Shown: piece by piece, positions 17,901 through 27,513 of the stretch | How positions within the stretch are numbered: the stretch's first letter is position 1 | Layout: every line of letters begins with the position of its first letter | Origin: Candidatus Rokuibacteriota bacterium | GTDB lineage: Bacteria; Methylomirabilota; Methylomirabilia; Rokubacteriales; CSP1-6 | Length of the DNA stretch: 38,684 bases | Direction: 5' to 3' | Assembly (NCBI GenBank): GCA_016184305.1 | Contig: JACPCX010000121.1 | Coordinates: 1 to 38,684 of the forward strand | Program-made: the position numbers and the translations under genes | The notes under the pieces: model-generated | The model's input: only the letters and a program-made list of their open reading frames with translations | What the model was told of the DNA's origin: nothing | The model's database searches: none

Positions 17901-18004
17901 TGACGACGGCGGAGATCGGGCGAATGAAGACGGGGAGCGCGAACATCCGTCGGGGATGGGCGGGCGACAGCCCGGGCGCCCGTGCCAGGTGAAGGAGAGT
18001 CTCT

Positions 18005-19021
18005 ATGATCATCGTGTTGAAATCGGGAGTCTCCGAGGCGGATGTCCAGCACGTGTGCGAGCGCGTGGTCGAGCTCGGCTACCAGCCCCACACCATCCGC
18101 GGCGAGTTCAAGACCATCGTCGCCGCGGTGGGGGAGGAGCGTGGCAAGCCCGATCTCCGGCTGCTCGAAGCGCTGGAGACGGTGGAAGCCGTCATGCCGG
18201 TGCAGCAGCCGTTCAAGCTCGCGAGCCGGGAGATCAGGCCGGAGCCGACCGAGGTGCCCGTCAACGGCGTCAGCGTGGGCGGCCAGCGCGTGATCGTGAT
18301 GGCGGGGCCCTGCTCGGTGGAGTCGGAGCCGCAGATCCTCGAGGTGGCCGAGGCCGTCAAGCAGGCCGGCGCCAGCATCCTCCGGGGCGGCGCCTACAAG
18401 CCCCGCAGCTCGCCCTACGCCTTCCAGGGGCTGAAGGAGCAGGGGCTCAGGTACCTCAAGGAGGCGAAGACGCGCACGGGGCTCCCCGTCGTCACCGAGG
18501 TGCTGGAGACGGAGAGCGTGGAGCTCGTGGCGGAGTACGCCGACATCCTGCAGATCGGCGCGCGCAACATCCAGAACTTCACCCTCCTGCGGCGCGTGGG
18601 AGAGATGGGCAAGCCCGTGCTCCTCAAGCGCGGCATGGCGACGAGCATCCAGGAGTTCCTGCTCTCGGCCGAGTACATCCTGTCGGCCGGCAACCCCAAC
18701 GTGATCCTCTGCGAGCGGGGCATCCGCACGTTCGAGACCGCGACGCGCTTCACCCTCGATCTCAACGCCGTGCCGGTGCTCAAGAAGCTCTCCCACCTGC
18801 CGGTGGTCGTGGACCCGTCCCATGGCACGGGCCACTGGGACCTGGTGGCGCCCATGGCGAAGGGGGCGGTGGCCTGTGGGGCCGACGGGCTCATCATCGA
18901 GGTACACCCGCGACCGGAGGAGGCGCTGTCGGACGGTCCGCAGTCCCTCAAGCCGTCCAAGTTCGCCCAGCTCATGCGTGAACTGCGCCCGGTGGCGGAG
19001 GCCGTCGGCCGAACCCTGTAG
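18005..19021 (+). CDS. aroF: DAHP synthase type I-beta (paralog 2)
   Basis: Same motifs ([30 protein letters not shown]) and same 338-aa length. AAGGAG RBS. Confidence 0.95.
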   Translation: MIIVLKSGVSEADVQHVCERVVELGYQPHTIRGEFKTIVAAVGEERGKPDLRLLEALETVEAVMPVQQPFKLASREIRPEPTEVPVNGVSVGGQRVIVMAGPCSVESEPQILEVAEAVKQAGASILRGGAYKPRSSPYAFQGLKEQGLRYLKEAKTRTGLPVVTEVLETESVELVAEYADILQIGARNIQNFTLLRRVGEMGKPVLLKRGMATSIQEFLLSAEYILSAGNPNVILCERGIRTFETATRFTLDLNAVPVLKKLSHLPVVVDPSHGTGHWDLVAPMAKGAVACGADGLIIEVHPRPEEALSDGPQSLKPSKFAQLMRELRPVAEAVGRTL

Positions 19022-19210
19022 CAGGCTGCTGACAAAGGCCCATCTGCGGAGGCGCGGCGCCCTCGGCCGCAACCTCGACGTGGCTCGCCCACGCCCGCCC
19101 GGATCTCCGGATCCGCTCGCCTCGCCTCCGGCTCGGCTCGCCAAGCGGAGTACGCCTCGGTTGCGGCCGTCGGGCGCCGCCTCGCATCTGGACCTTCTTG
19201 ATCAGCATGC
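19021..19210. mobile_element. MITE/REP-like element A with imperfect terminal inverted repeats
   Basis: GCAGGCTGCTGACAAAGGCCCATCTGC ... GCATCTGGACCTTCTTGATCAGCATGC, with inner IR GGCGCCCTCGGCCGCAACC / GGTTGCGGCCGTCGGGCGCC. Confidence 0.7.
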
Positions 19211-19240
19211 GCGTCTTCCAGCGGCCTGCCGGGCCGTGGT

Positions 19241-19436
19241 GGGTCGTGGGTCAATTCGGCCCTCGGTACTGGGGCAAGTTGCGAGCCAGACGAGGCACGA
19301 GGGAGCCAGCGACACGAGGCGTACTCCCTGTACGTTGAGCGTCGCTGGCGACCGAGTAACGAAGTATGGCGAAGTACGTTGAGCGTCGCTGGCGACCGAG
19401 TAACGAAGTATGGCGAAGCGAATTGACCCAGGACCC
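19241..19436. mobile_element. MITE-like element B with 18-bp TIRs and internal 44-bp tandem duplication
   Basis: GGGTCGTGGGTCAATTCG (19241-58) / CGAATTGACCCAGGACCC (19419-36) match at 17 of 18 positions. 19331-19374 is identical to 19375-19418. Confidence 0.7.
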
Positions 19437-19488
19437 CGTGGTGGGGGGAGTCGGGTCCTGGGGGCGGGCCGTGGCATAATCGCTGTGT

Positions 19489-20478
19489 ATGAAGATCTGG
19501 CTGCCGGCGGATCCCTCGCGGCGGGCCTTGCTCGTCGCGATCGTGTGCTCGGTGCTCCTCCACGGGCTGGTGGCCGCCTCGGTGTACCTGGCAGGCGCCT
19601 TCGCGCCCAAGATCGTCGCCAAGCGCGGTGAGCCGCTCTTCGTCGACATCACCCCCGACCGGCCCGAGGAGCGTGCGCCGCGCGGCAACCCCGCGCGTCC
19701 GCCCGGTCCGGGAACGCCCGCGCCCGAGCGCCGCGCTCCCGAGCCTCCGGCTCCCAAGATGGCGGAAGTGAAACCCAAGGCCGCCGAGGTTCCCAGGAGC
19801 GCTCCACCCAAGGCGCCGGCCCCGTCACAGGTAGCGAAGGCCTCCCCGCCCCCCGCGCCAGAGACTCCGGAGCCGCGCACCCAGGAGCCGGCGCCCGCTC
19901 CCGGGCCTCAGGCCCGCGCTCCCGAGCGCGAGACTGTCCCCTCCCAGCCTCAGCCCGCCGAGCCGTCCAGGACCGAGGGTGCCGCCAGCCCTTCGCGCCC
20001 CGCGGCACCGTCGGAGCCGGCGGGGCAAGTGCTCGCGCGGACCAAGTCGGGGCTCGACCTGCCGGCCGCCATGCTGAGAAGTCCCGGGGGGGGCGGAGGG
20101 CTCAAGGACGGACGCGGTGGCGTCGAGGGCGAGCCCATTCCGCTGGACACCCAGGAACCGAAGTACGTCGACTACTTCGGCCAGCTTCGCGAGCGGATCA
20201 AGTCCAAGTGGAGCTACCCGCGCGAGGCGGGCGAGCGCGGCATCGGCGGGCAGCTCCTCATCGAGTTCCACATCGCCAAGGACGGGCGCGTGCAGCTCCT
20301 GGAGCTCCGGCGCTCCTCAGGGGTGGAGATCCTCGACGACTACGCGATGAACGCGGTCCGCCTGGCCCAGCCCTTCCCGCCCGTGCCCGACAACCTCGCC
20401 AAGCAGGTCCTCGCCGTCAACGGCCTCTTCAACTACCAGATCGTCGGCAATAGCTTCGTCAATCAGTTCCTCCGGTAG
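19489..20478 (+). CDS. tonB: TonB-family energy transducer
   Basis: N-terminal TM with SVLLH, Pro-rich spacer and C-terminal domain KWSYPREA...[26 protein letters not shown]. Confidence 0.85.
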   Translation: MKIWLPADPSRRALLVAIVCSVLLHGLVAASVYLAGAFAPKIVAKRGEPLFVDITPDRPEERAPRGNPARPPGPGTPAPERRAPEPPAPKMAEVKPKAAEVPRSAPPKAPAPSQVAKASPPPAPETPEPRTQEPAPAPGPQARAPERETVPSQPQPAEPSRTEGAASPSRPAAPSEPAGQVLARTKSGLDLPAAMLRSPGGGGGLKDGRGGVEGEPIPLDTQEPKYVDYFGQLRERIKSKWSYPREAGERGIGGQLLIEFHIAKDGRVQLLELRRSSGVEILDDYAMNAVRLAQPFPPVPDNLAKQVLAVNGLFNYQIVGNSFVNQFLR

Positions 20479-20603
20479 TCTGCGGGGCTCCCGGTGCGCC
20501 TCTCCCCCCTCCGGATAAAGGAGTTCGGGCTTCCCGTGAGCCCCGAGGAGGGCCCCGGGCCGATCGACACGGTCCTGGAGGCACCCGGCCGCGGGCGCTT
20601 CCC

Positions 20604-20633
20604 TTGACAGGCGCGTCGCGTATCCTGTAGGAT
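20604..20633 (+). promoter_or_regulatory. Sigma70 promoter of tRNA-Val/thrS
   Basis: TTGACA-18 nt-TAGGAT. Confidence 0.7.
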
Positions 20634-20658
20634 GTTCAGTGTTTTTTCCAGGGGAGGC

Positions 20659-20733
20659 AGGCTCGTAGCTCAGTGGGAGAGCGCTTGCTTGACACGCAAG
20701 AGGTCGGCGGTTCGAAACCGCCCGAGCCTACCA
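20659..20733 (+). tRNA. tRNA-Val(GAC)
   Basis: Acceptor stem AGGCTCG/CGAGCCT, anticodon arm CTTGC-TTGACAC-GCAAG, T arm GGCGG-TTCGAAA-CCGCC, encoded CCA. Confidence 0.97.
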
Positions 20734-20800
20734 TCCGATCTCGTTGACCGAGGGGTGCCCATCGCGAGGCAGCAGCGGGTGCACGACTAGGGCAGTCGAG

Positions 20801-20835
20801 AGCATCACCGGGCGCCGTCCGTGTGGTGTTTTTTT
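20801..20835 (+). terminator. Terminator-like hairpin + T7 between tRNA-Val and thrS
   Basis: AGCATCAC-CGGGC-GCC-GTCCG-T-GTGGTGTT, running into a T7 tract. Confidence 0.55.
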
Positions 20836-20859
20836 GTCTCTGCACCACGAAAGGACCTG

Positions 20860-22656
20860 ATGGCTGAGCAGGAAGAAGACCGACATCTGAAGTTCGCCGG
20901 GGAGCTCGACTGCGTCCCGGAGCCCCTGCCGACCCTTCGCCACTCCACCTCGCACGTGATGGCCCAGGCGGTGAAGCAGCTCTTTCCCGAGGTGCGCGTC
21001 GCCATCGGCCCGGCCATCGAGGACGGCTTCTACTACGACTTCCGCAGGGCCACGCCCTTCACCCCCGAGGACCTCGCGCGCATCGAGGCGCGGATGCGGG
21101 AGCTCGTCAAGGCGGACCTGCCCTTCGTCAGGGAGGAGTGGGCACGCGCGGAGGCCATCCGCCACTTCAAGGAACAGGACGAGCCGTTCAAGGTGGAGAT
21201 CCTCGAGGGGCTCGACGTGCCTGCGGTGTCCGTGTACCGCCAGGGCGACTTCCTCGACCTTTGCCGCGGTCCCCACGTGCGCTCCACCCGGGGCATCAAG
21301 GCCTTCAAGCTCCTCTCCTCCTCGGGCGCCTACTGGCGCGGCGACGAGCGGAACCCGATGCTCCAGCGGATCTACGGGACCGCCTGGCTCACGCAGGAGG
21401 ATCTGGACAAGTACCTGTGGCGCCTCGAGGAGGCGAAGAAGCGCGACCACCGCAAGCTCGGGCGGGAGCTCGACCTCTTCGACTTCCACGACGTCGCCCC
21501 CGGGGCGCCCTTCTGGCTGCCCAACGGGATGATCCTCGTCCGCGAGCTGGAGAAGTTCGCGCGCGAGCACCTCGATGCCCGGGGCTACCAGGAGATCTCC
21601 ACGCCGCTGCTCATCCACAAGCGGCTCTGGGAGGAGTCGGGGCACTGGGAGCACTACAGCGAGCACATGTTCAAGGTGGAGGTGGAAGAGGAGATCTTCA
21701 CGCTGAAGCCGATGAACTGTCCGCCGTCGACCTTCGTCTACCGGCGGGCGCTGCGCTCCTACCGGGATCTGCCGTTGCGCTTCTCCGAGATGGGGCGCTG
21801 CCACCGCAACGAGCGCTCGGGCACGCTGACCGGTCTTGTCCGCGTCCGCCAGTTCACGCAGGACGATGCCCACATCTACTGCCGGCCGGATCAGCTCCAG
21901 GCCGAGATCGTCGGGATCCTCGATCTGGTCCGGGAGTGGTACAAGACCTTCAAGCTCCAGCCGACCTTCAAGCTCTCCACACGGCCCGAGAAGAAGCTCG
22001 GGGCCGAGGAGCAGTGGGACGCGGCCGAGCACGCGCTCGCCGAGGCGCTCAAGGTCAATGGGCTCGCCTACGACCTGAACCCGGGTGACGGCGCCTTCTA
22101 CGGGCCCAAGGTCGACATCTACGTCGAGGACGTCCTGGGGCGGAGCTGGCAGATCGCCACGGTCCAGGTGGACCTCGTCATGCTGCCGGAGCGCTTCAAG
22201 CTCGAGTACATCGACAGTGACGGCCAGCCGAAGCGACCGGTGGCCATCCACCGGGCGATCTTCGGGTCCTACGAGCGGTTCATCGGCATCCTGACGGAGC
22301 ACTTCGCCGGGGCGTTCCCCACGTGGCTCGCGCCCGTCCAGGCCCGCGTCCTGCCCGTGAGCGAGAAGCACCTCGAGTACGCACGCGTCGTCTTCGCCCG
22401 ACTGCGAGAAGCGCGGATCCGGGCGGAGCTGGACGACCGGAACGAGAAGCTGGGGTACCGGATCCGCGAGGCCCAGGTGCGAAAGGTTCCCTACATGCTC
22501 GTCGTGGGGGAGCGCGAAGCGCAGAACGGCACGGCGAGCGTGCGCCGGCGCACCGGCGAGGACGCCGGGGCCCTGCCCGTGGAGCGCATCGTGTCGGACC
22601 TCGCGGCCGAGATCGGCAGTCGTTCCGCCACCCTCACCGTGGGGCGATCGGCCTGA
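20860..22656 (+). CDS. thrS: Threonine--tRNA ligase (no N-terminal TGS domain)
   Basis: LRHSTSHVMAQAV, DLCRGPH, RDHRKLG, LKPMNCP, RVRQFTQDDAH and AFYGPK. Confidence 0.97.
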   Translation: MAEQEEDRHLKFAGELDCVPEPLPTLRHSTSHVMAQAVKQLFPEVRVAIGPAIEDGFYYDFRRATPFTPEDLARIEARMRELVKADLPFVREEWARAEAIRHFKEQDEPFKVEILEGLDVPAVSVYRQGDFLDLCRGPHVRSTRGIKAFKLLSSSGAYWRGDERNPMLQRIYGTAWLTQEDLDKYLWRLEEAKKRDHRKLGRELDLFDFHDVAPGAPFWLPNGMILVRELEKFAREHLDARGYQEISTPLLIHKRLWEESGHWEHYSEHMFKVEVEEEIFTLKPMNCPPSTFVYRRALRSYRDLPLRFSEMGRCHRNERSGTLTGLVRVRQFTQDDAHIYCRPDQLQAEIVGILDLVREWYKTFKLQPTFKLSTRPEKKLGAEEQWDAAEHALAEALKVNGLAYDLNPGDGAFYGPKVDIYVEDVLGRSWQIATVQVDLVMLPERFKLEYIDSDGQPKRPVAIHRAIFGSYERFIGILTEHFAGAFPTWLAPVQARVLPVSEKHLEYARVVFARLREARIRAELDDRNEKLGYRIREAQVRKVPYMLVVGEREAQNGTASVRRRTGEDAGALPVERIVSDLAAEIGSRSATLTVGRSA

Positions 22657-22682
22657 GCCCCGCACAGTAAGGAGTCACGGCG

Positions 22683-23198
22683 ATACAGCCCAAGGACATC
22701 CGGGTCAACGAAGGCATTCGCGTCCGGGAAGTGCGGGTGGTGAGCGCCGACGGCGAGCAGCTGGGGATCCTCCCCATCGCCCAGGCGCTGGATCTGGCGA
22801 AGCAGCGGGACATGGACCTCGTCGAAGTGGCCGCCGAGGCGGCGCCGCCGGTGTGCCGGATCATGGACTTCGGCAAGTACAAGTACACGCAGGCCCGCCG
22901 GCAGAAGGAAGCGCGGAAGAAGCAGACCACCATCGTGGTCAAGGAAGTCAAGCTGGGGCCGAAGACGGATACGCACGACTTCGACTTCAAGGCCAAGCAC
23001 GTGCGGCGCTTCCTCGGGGAAGGCAACAAGGCGAAGGTGACGGTGCGATTCAAGGGACGCGAGATGGCGCACACCGAGCTGGGCTGGAAGATGCTGAACA
23101 AGATGACCGAGATCATGAGCGACATGGCGGTGGTGGAGAGCCACCCGCGAATGGAGGGGCGCATGCTGAGCATGATCCTTTCCCCGAAAGCCCACTAG
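22683..23198 (+). CDS. infC: Translation initiation factor IF-3, non-canonical ATA start
   Basis: TAAGGAG-8 nt-ATA CAG CCC AAG GAC ATC CGG GTC AAC GAA (IRVNE). Also PPVCRIMDFGKYKY. Confidence 0.95.
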   Translation: MQPKDIRVNEGIRVREVRVVSADGEQLGILPIAQALDLAKQRDMDLVEVAAEAAPPVCRIMDFGKYKYTQARRQKEARKKQTTIVVKEVKLGPKTDTHDFDFKAKHVRRFLGEGNKAKVTVRFKGREMAHTELGWKMLNKMTEIMSDMAVVESHPRMEGRMLSMILSPKAH

Positions 23199-23207
23199 GA
23201 GACCGAG

Positions 23208-23405
23208 ATGCCGAAGATGAGGACCAAGCGGGCCGCGGCCAAGCGGCTGAAAGCCACCGCGTCCGGCAAGCTCAAGCGGCACAGCGGGTGGAAGAGTCAC
23301 CTCCTGGAGGCCAAGTCCCCCAGGCGCCGGCGGCGCCTCCGCCAGGCCTCGCTCATCTCCGCGGCCGACCAGCCGCGGCTCAAGAAGCTCGTCCCATACC
23401 TGTAG
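23208..23405 (+). CDS. rpmI: 50S ribosomal protein L35
   Basis: MPKMRTKRAAAKRLKATASGK; canonical gene order. Confidence 0.97.
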   Translation: MPKMRTKRAAAKRLKATASGKLKRHSGWKSHLLEAKSPRRRRRLRQASLISAADQPRLKKLVPYL

Positions 23406-23425
23406 CGTAAGAGGAGAGGCGAACC

Positions 23426-23785
23426 ATGCCACGGGCCAAGGGCGGGGCCAAGACCCGCCAGCGCAGGAACAAGGTACTGAAGCGGGCGAAGGGCTACTTC
23501 GGCGGCCGGCGGAAGCTCTACCGCACCGCGGCCGAGACGGTGCTTCGCGCGGGCGCCTTCGCCTACAAGGGGCGCAAGCAGAAGAAGCGGCGCGCGCGCT
23601 CGCTGTGGATCATCCGCGTCAATGCGGCGTGCCGGCAGCTGGGCCTCTCCTACTCCGTCTTTGTGGCGGGGCTGAAGAAGGCAGGCATCGGGCTCGACCG
23701 CAAGATCCTCGCGGAGCTGGCCGTTCAGGACCCGACCGCCTTCGCGAAGCTGGCGGAGACGGCGCGAGCGGCGAGCCGCGCCTGA
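23426..23785 (+). CDS. rplT: 50S ribosomal protein L20
   Basis: [19 protein letters not shown] and [11 protein letters not shown]. Confidence 0.97.
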   Translation: MPRAKGGAKTRQRRNKVLKRAKGYFGGRRKLYRTAAETVLRAGAFAYKGRKQKKRRARSLWIIRVNAACRQLGLSYSVFVAGLKKAGIGLDRKILAELAVQDPTAFAKLAETARAASRA

Positions 23786-23787
23786 GC

Positions 23788-24855
23788 GTGGCGCCGGACC
23801 CGCGGGTCCAGCAGATCCGCGATCGGGCCCTGGGGGACATCGCCGCCGCCCGGTCCACGGCTGACCTCGAGCAGATCCGCATCCGGGTGCTCGGCCGCTC
23901 CGGGGAGCTCACCGCCCGGCTCCGCTCCCTGGGGGCCATTCCGGCGGCGGAGCGCCCGCAGGTCGGGCAGGCGGCCAACCGCGCCAAGGCCGAGATCGAG
24001 GAGCAGATCCAGGCCCGCCTCCAGGGGCTACGCGTCGAGGAGCTCAGCCGGCAGCGGGAGGCGGGGCGGGTGGACCTCACCCTTCCCGGGCGCTTCACGC
24101 CCGCGGGGGCCGTCCACCCGATCACCCGCGTGCAGGACGAGATCATCGCCATCTTCGAGGGGCTCGGCTTCTCCGTCGCCGAGGGCCCCGAGGTGGAGTC
24201 GGACTACTACAACTTCGCCGCGCTCAACTTCCCCGACGATCACCCTGCGCGGGACATGCAGGACACCTTCCACCTCGCAGCCGACACGCTGCTCCGCACC
24301 CACACGTCCCCGGTCCAGATCCGGACCATGAAGGCGCAGCCGCCGCCGGTCCGCATCATCTGCCCCGGCAAGGCGTACCGGCGCGACGCCGACATCACGC
24401 ATTCGCCCATGTTCCACCAAGTCGAGGGCCTGGCCGTGGACCGCCACATCACCATGGGCGATCTGCGCGGCACCCTCGATCTCTTCGCGCGGGAGATGTT
24501 CGGCAGTCGCTCGCGCATCCGCTTCCGCCCCTCGTTCTTCCCGTTCACGGAGCCCTCCGCCGAGGTGGACGTGCTCTGCTTCCTCTGCGGAGGCGAGGGC
24601 TGCCGCGTCTGCAAGCAGGATGGGTGGATCGAGATCCTGGGCTCGGGCATGGTGCATCCCAACGTGCTCCGCAATGTGGGCTATGACCCCGAGGAGGTGA
24701 CGGGCTGGGCCTTCGGCATGGGCGTCGAGCGCGTCGCCATGCTCAAGTACGGCATCGACGATATCCGGCTCTTCTTCGAGAACGACCTGCGCTTCCTCGG
24801 CCAGTTCGGCCCGCTCACCCGTCCCTCTCCCCCGCGGGGAGAGGGACACGGATGA
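23788..24855 (+). CDS. pheS: Phenylalanine--tRNA ligase alpha subunit
   Basis: HPARDMQDTF, LLRTHTSPVQ, FRPSFFPFTEPSAE and AFGMGVER. Start approximate (GTG). Confidence 0.96.
   Translation: MAPDPRVQQIRDRALGDIAAARSTADLEQIRIRVLGRSGELTARLRSLGAIPAAERPQVGQAANRAKAEIEEQIQARLQGLRVEELSRQREAGRVDLTLPGRFTPAGAVHPITRVQDEIIAIFEGLGFSVAEGPEVESDYYNFAALNFPDDHPARDMQDTFHLAADTLLRTHTSPVQIRTMKAQPPPVRIICPGKAYRRDADITHSPMFHQVEGLAVDRHITMGDLRGTLDLFAREMFGSRSRIRFRPSFFPFTEPSAEVDVLCFLCGGEGCRVCKQDGWIEILGSGMVHPNVLRNVGYDPEEVTGWAFGMGVERVAMLKYGIDDIRLFFENDLRFLGQFGPLTRPSPPRGEGHG
24814..24847. repeat. REP-like palindrome inside pheS 3' end
   Basis: CTCACCC-GTCCCTCTCCCC-CGC-GGGGAGAGGGAC. Same family as 37414-37485, in the opposite orientation. 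Confidence 0.75.
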
Positions 24856-24862
24856 GGCGCCG

Positions 24863-27295
24863 GTGAAGATCTCCTACCGGTGGCTCAAGGAGTTCGTCGA
24901 GACCGACGTCGGTCCCGCCGAGATCAAGGAGCGGCTGGTCCACGCCGGGATCGAGGTCGCGTCGGCGAGCCCGGTGGTCGAGGGGCTGTCCGGCGTGGTG
25001 GTGGGCGAGATCGAGGCCATCGAGAAGGATCTCGGTCCGACGCCGGCCGGCCACCACAATCGCCTCTGCCGCGTTGCCCTGCCCGACCGGAAGTTCTCCG
25101 TGATCTGCGGCGCGCCCAATGCCGCGCCGGGGCTGCGGACCGCCTTTGCGCCCCCCGGGGCGACGCTGCCCGGGGGGCGCGCGATCAACGCGACCAGGAT
25201 CCGCGGCGTGGTCTCCGAGGGGATGCTCTGCTCGGAGAAGGAGCTCGGGATCGGCGAGGACGCGAGCGGCATCCTCGCGCTGCCCGCCGACGCCCCCGTG
25301 GGAGCGGATCTGTCGACCTATCTCGGGCTCGACGACACGATCCTCGAGATCGAGATCACGCCGAACCGACCGGATGCGCTCTCCGTGGTGGGCGTGGCGC
25401 GCGAGCTGTCCGCGCTGACGGGCGCCCCGTTCCGCTTCCCGCAGGTGGCCGTGCGGGACGGGGGGCAGGCGGTGGCGGCGCTGGCCGCTGTCGAGATCAC
25501 CGATCCGGACCTGTGCCCGCGCTACGCCGCCCGCGTCATCACGGGGCTCACCGTGCGCCCCTCGCCGCCCTGGCTCGCCCAGCGGCTGCGGGCCGTCGGG
25601 CTGCGCCCCATCAACAACCTGGTGGACGTGACGAACTACGTCCTGTGGGAGCTCGGGCACCCGCTGCACGCCTTCGATCACGCGACACTCCCCGGCGGAC
25701 GCATCGTCGTGCGGCGCGCGCGGGCGGGCGAGCGGATGACCACGCTCGACGGGCGTGAGCGCGCGCTCGAGCCCGACATGCTGATGATCTGCGACGCCGA
25801 GCGCGCCGTCGCGGTGGGCGGCGTCATGGGCGGCGCCGCCACCGAGGTGACGCCGCGGACCACCACGGTGCTCCTCGAGGCGGCCTGCTTCAACCCGGGC
25901 TCGATCCGGCGAACCTCCCGGGCGCTCGGGCTGAGCACCGACGCCTCCTACCGCTTCGAGCGGGGAGCCGACATCGAGGGCCTGCGGGCGGCGCTGGACC
26001 GAGCGGCCCAGCTCATGGCCGATCTCGGCGGCGGCACCGTGGCGCGCGGAGTCGTGGACGTGTACCCGGCGCCGCGACCCCACTCCCGCATCGCGCTCCG
26101 GCTCGAGCGCGTCGAGCGGCTCATCGGTGCCTGTCCCCCGCGCCCCGAGGCGGTGCGCATCCTCCAGGCCCTGGGCTTCGGCGTGGACGATTCGGCGCCC
26201 GCGCTCCAGGTCGTGGTGCCGAGCTTCCGGCGCGACATCGCCCAGGAGGACGACCTCGTCGAGGAGATCATCCGTGTGTGGGGCTACGAGCGGATTCCCT
26301 TGACGCTGGGCGCCGGGGCCCAGGCCCTCGTCAAGCGGCCGCCGCAACTCGGGCTGGCGCGCGAGATGAGCCGCATGCTCAACGCCGCCGGGCTCTGCGA
26401 GGTCATCACCTACGCCTTCGTGGATCCCGACCGGCTGAAGGCGATGGGCTGGGCGGGGGAGCAGGGGCTCATCGCGCTCCAGAACCCGATCTCGCGCGAG
26501 CGATCGGTGCTGCGGCCGATGCTCGCGCCGGGATTGCTCGAGGTGCTGGCGTTGAATGCCAGCCGCCAGCTGCCCGACGCGCGCGTCTTCGAGGTGGGAC
26601 ACGTCTTCTCGCCGCACGTCGAGTCGGACGGTGATCGGCCGGCCCACGAAGCGCTGTGGCTCGGCATCGCGCTGACGGGCCTCCGCCAGCCGCGCGCCTG
26701 GCATGCGGGGCGGGAGCGAGTGGACATCTACGATGTCAAGGGCGCGGCGACCCTGCTGCTCGCCGCGGCGGGGATCTCGGCCTTCGACGTCGTGGCAGAG
26801 CCCGCCGGCGGACTGCCGGGGTATCTGGAGCGCGCCTGCGCCGCGGCCCTCTCGGTGGGTGAGACCGAGGTGGGTTGGTTCGGCGAGGTCACTCATGAGA
26901 CGCGCGAGGCCTTCGACCTGCCCGCCCCGGTCTTCCTCGCCGAGCTGTCGCTGACGGCGCTGTGCGCGCTGCCCGCCGTCACGCCCCGCTACCAGCCGCT
27001 GCCGCGCTTCCCCTCCGTCCAGCGCGACCTGGCCCTCGTGGTTTCCGCCGACGTGACGGCGGGGGAGATCGAGGCGGCGATCCGCGCCCTGGATGTCCCG
27101 TGGCTCGCGCGGCTGCAGGTGTTCGATGTCTACGCGGGCGGTCAGGTGGGGAGCGGCCGTCGGAGCCTCGCCTGGAGCCTCACGTTCCAGGCGCCCGACC
27201 GCACCCTCACGGACGCCGAGGTCAACGACATTCACGCCAGGATCGTGAAGGAGCTCACCGAGCGTTTCCGGGGCGAGGTGAGAGGGACGACATGA
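24863..27295 (+). CDS. pheT: Phenylalanine--tRNA ligase beta subunit
   Basis: MKISYRWLKEFV, ICGAPN, ITPNRPDALS, NNLVDVTNY, ASYRFERG and RTLTDAEV. Confidence 0.97.
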   Translation: MKISYRWLKEFVETDVGPAEIKERLVHAGIEVASASPVVEGLSGVVVGEIEAIEKDLGPTPAGHHNRLCRVALPDRKFSVICGAPNAAPGLRTAFAPPGATLPGGRAINATRIRGVVSEGMLCSEKELGIGEDASGILALPADAPVGADLSTYLGLDDTILEIEITPNRPDALSVVGVARELSALTGAPFRFPQVAVRDGGQAVAALAAVEITDPDLCPRYAARVITGLTVRPSPPWLAQRLRAVGLRPINNLVDVTNYVLWELGHPLHAFDHATLPGGRIVVRRARAGERMTTLDGRERALEPDMLMICDAERAVAVGGVMGGAATEVTPRTTTVLLEAACFNPGSIRRTSRALGLSTDASYRFERGADIEGLRAALDRAAQLMADLGGGTVARGVVDVYPAPRPHSRIALRLERVERLIGACPPRPEAVRILQALGFGVDDSAPALQVVVPSFRRDIAQEDDLVEEIIRVWGYERIPLTLGAGAQALVKRPPQLGLAREMSRMLNAAGLCEVITYAFVDPDRLKAMGWAGEQGLIALQNPISRERSVLRPMLAPGLLEVLALNASRQLPDARVFEVGHVFSPHVESDGDRPAHEALWLGIALTGLRQPRAWHAGRERVDIYDVKGAATLLLAAAGISAFDVVAEPAGGLPGYLERACAAALSVGETEVGWFGEVTHETREAFDLPAPVFLAELSLTALCALPAVTPRYQPLPRFPSVQRDLALVVSADVTAGEIEAAIRALDVPWLARLQVFDVYAGGQVGSGRRSLAWSLTFQAPDRTLTDAEVNDIHARIVKELTERFRGEVRGTT

Positions 27296-27513
27296 CAGAG
27301 AATCTGATGGAACGGCTCGAGCAGCTCGAGCAATCGGTGAAACGGGCCGCGGAGACCATCGCCAAGGTCCGGGCGGAGCGCGACGGCCTCCACGCGCGGA
27401 TCGAGGCGCTGGAGAGCGAGCGCGCGGAGCTCCGGGCCCTGCGGCAGGAGCGCAAGGAGGTGCTGGCCCAGGTGGACGGCATCCTCAAGGAGCTGGACAA
27501 GCTGGACCTGTAG
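27292..27513 (+). CDS. zapB: ZapB-like coiled-coil cell division protein
   Basis: 73-aa heptad coiled coil between pheT (ATGA overlap) and zapA. Confidence 0.65.
   Translation: MTENLMERLEQLEQSVKRAAETIAKVRAERDGLHARIEALESERAELRALRQERKEVLAQVDGILKELDKLDL

Noticed and set aside
18972..19208. 78-aa [18 protein letters not shown]...
   Set aside because: Translation of the inverted-repeat element, and it overlaps the aroF end on the antisense strand.
19331..19418. Mini-CRISPR
   Set aside because: Two abutting 44-bp copies with no spacer; a simple tandem duplication.
20734..20859. T-box riboswitch or Thr leader peptide before thrS
   Set aside because: No GGTGGNACC T-box, too short for Stem I, and no clustered Thr codons behind an SD.
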